From positions 8,330,882-8,394,881 of the forward strand of contig CAJINV010000004.1 in NCBI GenBank assembly GCA_905178155.1: a DNA stretch of 64,000 nt. The letters run 5' to 3'. Source of the DNA: Amoebophrya sp. A120. Its lineage: Eukaryota; Protista; Dinoflagellata. The stretch's first letter is position 1. The number at the start of each line of letters is the position of its first letter. Under the pieces are notes generated by a model that did no database searches, was not told the DNA's origin, and was given only the letters and a program-made list of their open reading frames with translations. Made by a program: the position numbers and the translations under genes. Shown here one piece after another: positions 37,783-48,737 of this stretch.

Positions 37783-39582
37783 TATATCTTCAAGATGGAT
37801 AAGCTTTTAAGGTGTAAAAATGGTCCTCGACCAGGGTAATCTAACTTTTTGTTGTCCTTAGCTGTTCATCGTGAAGATGAAAAATACGCTTAATTTAGTA
37901 CAGCCAGGCTGTGTCAAATATGGCAGATGAGATATTGTCATCACAGTTTATGACGAAGACGGATCCTGATAGGCGGTGTTTGTTCCGATCAGGGATCATC
38001 CCGATTGTCGGCTCCTGTGCATCTACTGTTGCGAATAAAACTGCCGTTTTTTGCAGGAATGAAACGTGAACATAGCCAAACAGCGGAACTACATAAAAAA
38101 GCGGATCTTCATCGTTACTCAGCGCAACAACTTCTTCGGACATGGAAGCATCGATCTTCGAGAACTACGCAAGAAAGTAAGCATCGGAAAGGAATGAAAA
38201 AGGTCACGCATCATCCATGTGGGACAGCTCTGTGCAACAGAAATCAAAAATCAAGCAAAAAAACTCGGCAACGACTAGCCCGTGCGCAGCCAAATCGGTT
38301 GATACGTCGATCTTCATTTTCAAAGATACTCGTGCCTTACCACTGTCTCAGCCGACAAACGCCAAAGGGCCACACGACGAACATCTTCGAGATTGTGCTA
38401 AGGAATTTCTGCACTTATGCTGCACTTTTTTGCTTTATCTGGAAAGCAGGGGCACTACTGATGCTGATTTTCCGACGGTTAATATTTGAGAATTGCTCCT
38501 TGATACAAGTTCATCTCCGATTCCGAAAAAGTTCGCTCACAGCTTTACTACTCGCTTTTGAAGATACAAGGCATTGAGGGTTCGTTACAAAGCGGCACTA
38601 GCGGCGTAATTTCTTCCCAACATCAGAGGCCTTTCTGCATGATCATTCCCCGATCCCAGACAAGGGTTGACAGCAGCGGCGCCTGTCGTTTAGTGTCACT
38701 GATGAGTACCTTGCGCACGTGTGCGAGATAGCGGACCTGTAGTGTCAGGCACTTAGACCGGTATTCTCCCGGTAAATATTTCAGTTGTTACAAGAATTAA
38801 GTAGTACTGCATTATCCCGCCCACATTTCGACAATTTGAATGTCTGACATACTGGTACTTACTATTGATAGAAAAGGAAGCTCTATCGTTTGGTTTATTT
38901 GGTCGTATTTCCGTCCGAATATCTTCGGAATCCACTAGCAGTACAGACGGCCACATAATTTCGCACATATAAAAATCTTGAGTCGTGTTATTTTCGCAGA
39001 TCTTAAATTTGAATATCGGTTTTCGTTTTCCCGCATAAACTTTTTGAAGCTTGGGAAAGGAGTAAAATAACGGCTACAAATGCTTGAATTGTAAAGTGAC
39101 TTTGATAACTAAAGAGGAGCTCAAGTACATGAAGGGGAGAAGAAATCAAAAAAATAAGGGGGTTCTTATTGTCGTAACGTTCTTAGCACAAAACGCATCA
39201 GCTCCTCGAAATTGAAAAAACTTGGATTTTTCTGAAATCCTATCGCTGTTAAATCTGACTGTCGTCGAAATCGCACCGTAAATGGAAATTCTTGGACAAT
39301 TTCTCGAAGTTGTCCGTCAAAAGCACAATCGTTTTTGTAAATCACACAATCTCCTCTTCTGTATTTTATTTCGGTAACATAACATCACAGGGGTTATCAT
39401 CTTCAGCACTGAGCCACTGACGGCTCTGTTTGACTTGTTGATAAAGAGTTTTTCCTAAAAAACTTTGAATTTCGTATAGTAAGCGAGTGAAAACATTTTC
39501 ACCGCATCAAGAATTCAGCGAGTTCCTTGTTATACATCAATTGGTATTTTTTTAGATGTTGAACTTGTTCCTCGTCCTACCG

Positions 39583-39833
39583 TATGAAATGTAAAAATGT
39601 CTGGGTCTGGAAGAATGCAAGTTTGTCATGCTTGTCTGGCATGACTCGGGAATCTGTGTTGCATAGGCACGAAAAAGCCTTCTTACCTGTCATGCAAAAA
39701 CGCAGTTTGCCATGCGGAATACGTAAGACATGGCAGCCAAAAAAATTGTCATGCATAGCTGCGTATTGCAGTGCGTCTATCATTCATTTTTAGCATTACA
39801 AGTTTCCAGTCCCAGACATTTTTGCATTTGATA
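39583..39833. mobile_element. Introner family A (predicted 3' UTR)
   Basis: TIRs; TSD taccg. Confidence 0.9.
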
Positions 39834-39839
39834 TACCGC

Positions 39840-42800
39840 TTACATCTCACACCTGCGCTTCAAATCCTTCCGCATGTTTTCCCGGAGTCGGTGGCACAGC
39901 TGTAGGTTATCAAGTGCAAATATGTCTGGGTCTGGAAGAGTGTAGACTTGTCGTGCAGGTTTTCCATGACTCATGAGGTCTGGAATGCGGGACCTAGCAT
40001 GATAGACTCTGTGAGGTCTCTGTCATGCCTATCCTGCATAAGAAACTCCCTCCCAACTTGTTCGAAAGTGGACAGCTTTTGGCGCTCATGCAACACAGAT
40101 ATTTGCATGATTCAGATTTAGCATGACAAGTTGCGATCTTCCAGACCCAGACATATTTGCAATCCATACAGGTCTCGTCTCTGCAACGTGACCCGGCTTC
40201 CGTGCGTCGCGATCAGCAGCGAGTTTGCGCAGAGGAGTGTCAAGCCCTGCTCCATCTATCGCAAGAAAAAACTGTTACAGTTACACATTGTGTTGAAAGA
40301 ACCGCAAGACAGACGACCTTTGTAATGCGGGAAATGCTTGCGAGCCTCGTTTCCTACGTCTTTTTCCTTTTGATCTTTGCATTACAAGTTTTCTCTTCCA
40401 CACAGAGAAAATTTGTGATGCAGAAACTCCAACAGATGTGTAACTGTAACACTTTTTTCTTGTGATACCATCACCTTCTGAAACAGCGTGATCGCCTGGA
40501 GACTCCACTTGCGGTGGGCGTAGCCGAGGTCTTCCTGCTGCTCAAGTATGGAAACAGCAAAGAGCAGGCGGATCGATTTGATGTATATGCGCATTTATTT
40601 GGTTGTGCAGGTGCACTTACGATGTTTCTTGTTCACGGACATCACAGCAATAATATTCATGCACAAGGAGCACCCGCCGCATGACAAATCCACAGCGGTC
40701 TTTGTAGTTGTCTCCTTTGATATGCCGCACCGCACGCCGGAACGCCAGCTATCACAGGAAAAAGTGTTAACGTTAACGGAATTTGTGATGCAGCAATGCA
40801 TCACAAGACATTCCAAAATTTGTAATGCATAGCATGCATACTGGGCTACATTTGTGATGCATGGCTGCAATCTGTGAAAACCGTTAACATTAACACTTTT
40901 TCTTGTGATACCAGCTTAGAAAACATCACGTTCGTCATGGACTGTTTGGACTGGAGGAACCTGTTTTGATCGTGATTCAAAATCCTATCAACTGCAAAAA
41001 CGTCTGGGTCTGGAAGGTTGGAACTTGTGATGCTACCTTTGCACACTAAAAAAATCTGTCTTGCATGACCAGCAAGAGGAGTCTAGTTTGTGCTACGCGG
41101 GGAGGGCGTGTGTCACACGGAGTAGGCATCAGGAAGCCATCTAGAAATCTGTGATGCTAGGTCGTGCATTACAGACATCCTGGGTCATGCAAAATATGCA
41201 TGACAAATCTCAGAATCTTCCAGACCCAGACATTTTTGCATTTGATGAATCCGTGTACGTGTTCGATGTAGTTCTTTGTTTAGCGATTGTGCACGACAGA
41301 CATCAACAGCTGACATCAGATAGTAAAAGCGATTTATGCACCACTGAACCAACATGACCTCCATGAAATTCGCAGCAGATTTAAGTAGTACGCGATCTCC
41401 TGTTCGATCCGTTTCTGTTGGTGCAACCCCACGCTGGTAGCGATGACGCGCTTCCGCCCGGCCAGATACGTTTTTGCGCCGATCGGGCGCCGAATGTTGA
41501 CTTGCGGGTCTTCATCTTTCGCGACCCGGAGCACGGAGGTCTTTATGCATTGCAAATATGTTGCCTGGCACTGGAAGGAGGGGCACTTGTCATGTCATGT
41601 CTGGATTGTGCAAAGATTTCTGTTGCATGATTACCAAAAGGAGGTGTCCACTTTTCAGCAAGTTTATTTGCGGCAGTTTCTCATGCAGGAGGGGTGTGAT
41701 GTTGAAGATATCACAGAATCTGTCATGCTAGGTCCTGTATGCCATACAAGATGGGTCATGGAAAACATGCATGACAGGTCTCGCAATCCTCCAGACCCAG
41801 ACATACTTGCATTTGATAGTCTTCTCCCGGAGCACGTTCGCATTGTTGGCGACGTCACTCGGGTCGAACTGTTTTTCGTTTTGGCTTGCGTGAAATCATG
41901 ATTTATTATCAGCATCACAAAAACCGGTAAAAAATTCTCGTTCTAGTAGTACGAAAAATTTTCTTTGGCTCCTGTGTCGTGCTGTGTGCTGAACATGGCT
42001 CGCAATCGTATGAATGATTTTTACGCAAAATATTACCGAGATCCGATCTACTGTTCATCATCATCTCACAGCGCGCCATACATTATCAAGCTATACCCTC
42101 ATCACTCCCCCTTTCTTCAGCTCGAGCGGGCCGGCAACCCGTGGCTGGATCTGGTTGTGATCCACCGTAAGAACCAAACTGGTGTTTCTCAGCATCTCCT
42201 CGTCTGCATCGAAGTTATTTTGGGTGCCGTCCGTAATATCCTTGTTGCCTGCGGGGAACTCACCGTCACCCCCGTGATCGCCTTGCAGCTCTTCGTCCCC
42301 TTGTAGCTGCTCGAACGTCGGCGCCTTCAGCGGCTGGTGCGCCGGTTTCTTCTTTTTCGCGTTGTTCTGGCGATTGCTCGTTTCAAAAACGCCGGCAGAG
42401 GAGGAGGACGACGCAGCGGCACCAGAGGTCTTGTTTCCCGCGGCGGCAGCTCCCGCAGCGACAGCTGCTTGCTCCCGCCCCCGTTTCCGCTGCATGTAGA
42501 CGGGCATACGGGACGCTGCTGCACCGACACTTTGGTTCGACGTTTCTTGGTCCCGCTGACTGTCCAGCAGTCGCTCCTGTACCGGTTCCTCCTCGCGGGT
42601 CGTCGTGGTACCGAGCTGCTTCTTCTTTGTCTTTATGCATTCCGAAAGCTAAAGTATTTTCGTACTGGCCGCTATAAAGTTCTTTATTTTTGACAAAAAA
42701 GGACAAATATGGCGTCGATGCAGATGTAGATGCAGTTTGCAGCAGCGTGTGCATTTGACACATCAGACATACATCAGGCTGTTTTGATATCATGCAGGTT

Positions 42801-45800
42801 GTTTTGGTGCCATGCTCATGCAGTACGTATCACAATTCATAGTCCGAGACTGAGTACTACCAGATACTTTTGCACGGCATAGTGTTGAATGTACTTCCGC
42901 TCTTGCCTTTCGCCTCCTTCGCCGGCGGAACATCACCCTGCTCTGCAGCAGCAGCAGCCTTTTTGGCGTTTGTCACCGTCTTCTTGTTTTGCTTGTTTCC
43001 CGCAGCAGGCTTGAGAATCTCGTCCGCCATCAGGTCGTCTTCGAGATATGCAGTGCTAAAGCACCGTACTAGTATAAATTGCATTACAAATCGGCTTAGC
43101 ATTACAAATTGACTTTGTAATGCGGCTTTGCCTTAAGAAAAAAATTTGCAATGCATAAACGCAATTGCTACGAGTCCGATACTTTTGCACAGGATACGAG
43201 ATCGATGGCGCCGATCATTTCCGGGGAGTCGTCGTCAACACCGTTCAAGCTGTTCTGGAATTCGTCTTCCGGACTGCCCGCATCGGAGTCGACGTCCTGC
43301 AACACCGGAGAGGAGGGAGAACCGGCGGGGATCTTCTTCCCTTGTTTGGTGGAATTATTCTTCCCATAATTTTTCTTTCCCGTGGACTTGCTGTTGCGCT
43401 TCTGCTTGTTCTGCCCTTGGTCAATCTGCTTCTTCAACCTCTCGGGCATTTTATCGTCGGTGTGGGCAGGAGCTATGTTGTTGCCACCCTCGTCGAGGAG
43501 CGGTGGTGCCACGGAAGTGTTGTTTTTCCGGGTCGACGAGGTGGTCGTTGCACCCCCAGACACCGGTTCCTGTTGGCGGTCTTCACTGTTTCTCGCGATA
43601 CTCGTGGACACGTTCGACAGACCGGAGGTTCTCTGAAGATTCTGCGGCTTCTTGTCAGAACCTCCGTTACTGCTCGACTTGTTCTGCTGCGCTCGTCGGG
43701 AGGTCGTCGTGGTGTCGGACGCGGGTCGTCCAGCTTGTTGTGCAGCGCCGGAGGACGGAGAGGTTGTGCCAGCGGTACCGGCAATAGTCGTGGCAGCAGG
43801 ACCCCCTACTTCATCGCCGGCGATGGTGTTGCTTCGATATTGTTCTTCCACGCCGCTACGGCCTACGCTTTCGTTCTCCTTTCCCTTTGCTTCCAACACG
43901 CTGACAATCTTCTTGAGTCCGGAGGTGTCGTGCAGTACGTGCTCCTCGCAGTTGGCGAACCCGTGAACGACTTGCTGGAAGGTGTGTGCTATACAGTGCA
44001 AAAGCATCGTGCTCGTACTACTTAATCGCGGCCATGCATTACAAATCCCGGGCTCAAGGCAAACCCGCATCACAAACTTCATTTCTCATGCTGAGAAAAT
44101 TTGTCATGCGATTCGTACTAGTACGATGCTTTTGCAATGCATATGTGCGTCCGTGGTCGCAGCGCAGGTGTGCGCAATCTTCGACATCATCATGGCCTTG
44201 ATCTGCAGTTGCCGCAGCGACATCTATCGCAAGAAAAAAACTGTGTAAGCGTAAGTCTGTGATGCAGAAGATGCAAAACAGTTACACTTGTCATGCTGGA
44301 CATGCGTCAGAGCCTCTTTTCGTACGTGTTTTCACGTACTAGCCGCGCATGACATGCTCTCTCTGTCATGCAGAGCAAACTTGTGATGCTATTCCTCCAA
44401 GAAAGTTACACTAACACAGTCTTTTTCTTGTGATAACATCTGGCTCTGGTTTACTTCCCGGCACCACCGATATTCCTCGTCCGTGATCCATGAAGAGTCT
44501 TTCGCCCACTCCACATCGTTCATGTTCATGGGCAGGTGAAACTCCTGGAAGATAAATTCGGTGGTTCTGTTATCCTGTGTAATAACGTCCCGACTCCAGA
44601 GTTGTCATGCACATTTGCAATGACAGGAACACTTGTAATGCGCTTCCACATGACAGGCATTTCCACTCACGTTTTTGCATTTGTAATGCTGCAAACAGGA
44701 TAAGCAGATGGATTTGTGATGCGGTCGTCCTTGCTAACATGCACTTCTACACTACAGACTGCAACTTGTCTTGCGTGGCCTCCAAAACTTCTGGATTTGT
44801 GTTGCTAAGTTTCCAACCTGACTATGGTGTGGGGACGTATTTACTCAGGATATCCGTCGTCGTCTTCGTCGTCCTCCCCGGCAGCGTACCGCGCGACTTT
44901 CTTCGCGGCTTCCCCATTATCAAATGCAAATATGTCTGGGTCTGGAAGATTGCACGGCTTGTCATGCACATTTTGCATGACCCGTGATATCTGTGATGTA
45001 TGCCCCAGCATCACAATTTTTTTGCGGGCATCTTGATGCCTATCCCGCATGAGAAATCCCCTCTCCGCGGAGCAAAAACTGGACGTTTCTTGCTGCTCAT
45101 GCAATACAGGTTTTTTTCGATTCCAAAAATAGCATCACAAGTTGCATTCTTCCAGACCCAGACATTTTTGCAATACATACCCATGCGTTTTAAGCAAGTT
45201 CTTGAACACCCGCAGTTCCCGCGCCTCGTCCTCGTCCTCTTCTTCGTTCGCGTCATTCGTGGTCTCGTTCTGGCTGGGAACGCGTTTCTGCTCTTCCTGC
45301 TCCACGACTTGTTTTTCAAAAGAACTGCTGCCGTTCTTCCCTTGTTCCCCCGCGGCCAATAAAGCAGCTTTACTTTTCGGCTTGGACGACGTCGACTTCG
45401 CTCTTTTCTTGTCCCCGACCAGCTCGTCCTTGAGCACGCTCTTTTTGAACTTCTTGCTACTGTTTCCTTTATTCTTGTTGGCCGACGCAGTAGAGGGTAG
45501 CTTCGAGCTTTTGTTCTGCTGCTGGGGCACGACCCCACCGACCAGCCCTCGCTGTTGCAGCGGATGTTGATCTACTTCTTCTGCAGGAACAGCCAGTTGT
45601 GGTGTATTGTTGTTGGTCGAGTTGCTCGTGCGGGGGTCTTTTTTCGACGAAGAACCCGACGTGTTGTTCGGCTGGACGGTGTTGTTCGGCGTAGTGCTGC
45701 CTCCCCCGCTGGTAGAGGTTCGCATGGCTGCCTGCTGTTGCAGCAGCGAACTTGCCTGTCCCAGAATCTCCTTCGCGTGCCTGGGCCGCGGAAGTGTAGT

Positions 45801-46822
45801 TGTACTGTTGGTGCCGCTTACAACAACCGCTCCGGAGGACTTCGACGTTCGGCCCCCGAATTTATTGTTGGAGTTTTGCTGTGCAGGGCGCCACTGAGAC
45901 GAATTGGGGTTGATCGTTTGCTGCGGCTCCACCATCAGGGAAGTAGTAGCAGAAGCAGTAGCAGCGCCGCTGCCGAGCTGCGGCTGCCGCAGGTCGGGGA
46001 CGAGCGAGGATTGCACCACCATGGAAGATCCGGCAGATCCATTCTTCTGGAAAGAACTCGGGCTGTTGGGGTCGTTGACGACGACCAGGCTGCCGGTACG
46101 GAAAATCACGTCCGGTTGCTGGTGTCCTACTTCTACCTGCTGCTGCGAGAGTTTGTCGTAGTTCAAATTGTTCAGCTGCGGGGCGTGCAACGCCGGCGGT
46201 TGTTGTCCTGCTCCGGGAGCTGCACCACCAGTTGTCCGGAAAGTAGACGAAGACGAAGCTGCAGCACTCGCAGGTTGTCCACCGTCGGCTTTGCTGCGCG
46301 GCTGTTGCGACGTCGAAGCAGGCACTTTTCCCCGTGTAGTTCCTGCTGCTTTCGATGCGCCCAATGTCGTGGTCACAGCAGCACTCCCTGTAGCGCCACT
46401 TCCCTGCGTCGCACCGACGGCACTACTGCTCGCCTTGTTGGCCGGCGGTGCTTTTGCATCGGTGGACTTCGCGTGGCTGTGTCGGGCCCGGACAGTATCC
46501 TGTGGAAAAACCAAAAAACTACCCACTGCGTTACTCTTGTTTACCTCGCGCGACTTCTCGTTTCCGTATCCGTTTGACTATATTGAAAAGTAAAATCCCA
46601 AAGGGAAGTTTGAGTAGAGCACGTTTCCGTTTGACTATAGCTACTTTCTTTTCTTCCAGACTTCTCACAAGCATGACCAATTACAGTTTCCAAACACCTA
46701 CTTAGTGTAGAACGCCGCCCATGCAGATTTTTGCATGACAAGTAGGAGTACATCTTGTGGAATGGGTATTAAGTACTTAGCGGTTTTTACCCAGGATAAA
46801 CGTCATCGATGAGCCGGGCCAT
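39840..46822 (-). CDS. Histone H3-fold (CenH3/CENP-A-like) protein with roughly 1,100-aa N-terminal extension
   Basis: Spliced C-terminus FSKLAFRRAVRH..KWSLQAITLFQKVMEQGLTLLCANSLLIATHGSRVTLQRRDLQLCHRLRE aligns with H3/CENP-A helices 1-3; three junctions (about 40580-40720, 41279-41378, 41897-42095) are degenerate. Confidence 0.75.
39908..40168. mobile_element. Introner family A
   Basis: TIRs; TSD taggt/caggt. Confidence 0.9.
40257..40467. mobile_element. Introner family D
   Basis: TIRs; TSD ccatc. Confidence 0.92.
40750..40910. mobile_element. Introner family D variant (161 bp)
   Basis: TIR tatcacaRgaaaaagtgttaa; TSD ccagc. Confidence 0.92.
40986..41247. mobile_element. Introner family A
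   Basis: TIRs; TSD aatcc. Confidence 0.92.
41544..41818. mobile_element. Introner family A
   Basis: TIRs; TSD gtctt. Confidence 0.9.
42634..42881. mobile_element. Degenerate introner family F
   Basis: TIR remnants; TSD gtctt/gtgtt; frame restored. Confidence 0.72.
43047..43196. mobile_element. Introner family F
   Basis: TIRs; TSD cgaga. Confidence 0.9.
43990..44143. mobile_element. Introner family F
   Basis: TIRs; TSD tgtgc. Confidence 0.92.
44225..44435. mobile_element. Introner family D variant
   Basis: TIRs; TSD acatc. Confidence 0.92.
44571..44852. mobile_element. Introner family B
   Basis: TIRs; TSD tctgt/tccgt. Confidence 0.88.
44918..45179. mobile_element. Introner family A
   Basis: TIRs; TSD cccat. 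Confidence 0.92.
46496..46798. mobile_element. Degenerate introner family B
   Basis: tatcctg...caggata ends; removal plus 5 nt gives MARLIDDV|RARHSH in frame. Confidence 0.65.
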
Positions 46823-48396
46823 CTTGGTTACTTTTGCGTACAAAACTTGCTGTTCTTTTCTAGTTCTCTTCAATTCTCTCTCACGACCATGATACACAAA
46901 AATTGTCCTTGATATTACAGAACCATCATCTACTTCGTCACCCTATCGTAGATTTCAAATTTCAATTTCTTGCTTTTGTGGTGCCGTTTTACAACTATTT
47001 GTATTTGCCGGAGTCTTGACCTGTGTAATTAGATATTTACCACTATGTGCTGTGAGGGTACTAGTAGCCGGAGCGAATCGGCCACACTTTCAGTTGAAAT
47101 TGAAATTGATTTTGCGCTTGTTGGCTTTCTAGCGTACTATCCTGAATAAAGACTGGTGGGTATTGCTTCCCTAGCGGGATGATGAAGTAGGGGAGCGCTT
47201 CAACAATATGAATATTGCTCAAAATTATTTCCCTTTGCAGGACGAGGTACTATAATGGGCAGTTATTTCTGCTGCTGCGTTCTGTGGGGTCGTCGTCGTC
47301 GTCGTTGGGAGACAAAGGAATGAGCGTATCATCTGTAAATCTAATATTGCGGCAAATATAGTTACGTCTTTGAAATCTTTCTCGTGTAGTCCCGCTGCAG
47401 GGGAGCAAAACACAGCTATCTTTTTTCCAACTAGCAGTGACGAGACGACTCGCAACGAAGCGGCTCGATCTTCTCGGAACAACTCAACCAAAGAAGTATC
47501 CGATTTATGTGCTTCTGCTTCCTTTTACAACTCGATTTGGACGAAACTCTGTAATATTCTGCCTTCCTCCGAAAAAACAACTACTCAGGCGATTTTTTCT
47601 TCGACGTTTGATTCGATCACGAGGAACAGGTTTTACTGCGCTAAATCTTAATTTGCGCTTTAGGAGGTTGTGTCATCTCTTCCCCCTGCCTTACGCTACA
47701 AATACTTTTTTTCCTATTTTTCCAACAAACTGTATACAAGAGACGAAAAACAATCACTGCGTCATAGGTCGGTCTTCCTTTATGATACAGTTGCATTTGT
47801 TTTCGAAGGTTTCTATTCTACAATTGCATTTACGTCGTTCAAAGTCATTCTGCCCACGTTGCCGTGTCTCAGCGAAGATTTACTTACTACAGCTGCGTGC
47901 TTCTTGTTCTCCGACAAGAAGCGCAAGAAAGTAGTTCTTGGAAAACAGGCTTGTTTACTATCTCCGGAGAAGTAGCTGGAAAACAAGCTGTTCTAATTTT
48001 TTCGCGAGACCTCCGCGCAAAATTCATTCTTTGAATGGTTGCTCTGAAGAGCCTACCACGTGTACTAGCTGTTTTTTAAGCAGCTACTACAACACTTTTA
48101 CTTTACGTAGGTGTAAATAAGTAGCAAAATACAGTTGCAATTTTGGGATTCATCCGCTGCCGCTTGGACGTTGTCACCCGATAAGATAAACAAGTCAGTG
48201 CACTATATCGTACTCGAGGTATCAGACGGGGGCTTTCATCTTTTGGTACAGTGTTGCATTTTGTTTTGGTACAATAAATGAAACTACGTGCGAGCTACTG
48301 CTCGTTGCTTTTTTTTAGCACCAGAGATATTAGATCGGTCAACACGATTTTGTCATGAGGTGCCGAGGTAATAATTGAATATCAAAGTCGTGTGAG

Positions 48397-48566
48397 AAGT
48401 GTCAAGATATAAGAACTGCGTAAGTGTCAAGATATTGAATCAAAGTGTCAAGATATTGAAATTGAAAATAAGTTTAAGTGTCAAGATATTTTTGCATAGG
48501 TGTCAAGATATTGAAATAAAATAAGTGTAGTGTCAAACTGTTATCGAGTAAACAAAGTGTCAGGAT
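48397..48566. repeat. Array of about 7 AAGTGTCAAGATAT motifs with variable spacers
   Basis: Copies near 48397, 48422, 48443, 48476, 48499; partial at 48529 and 48555. Confidence 0.85.
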
Positions 48567-48737
48567 CAGCCCTGCTAGCGAAGACCACCTCCGGCGCAGT
48601 AGAACTGGAACTGACGCAAGCTTTCTTTCTCGAATAATTCATATTTTTTCGAGAACAGAGTTTGAATTTCATGGTAGTTGCCAGTATCCTTCTTCTCCCG
48701 GCCCGTCTTCTCGTCTAAAAAGCATCCCTTTTCGTTT

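Noticed and set aside
45555-46577. Long plus-strand ORFs (also 43165-44025, 55810-56703, 6547-7224)
   Set aside because: Antisense shadows of GC-rich minus-strand exons.
47225-48120. Possible gene between the histone-like and transporter genes
   Set aside because: Short broken frames, AT-rich, no recognisable domain.
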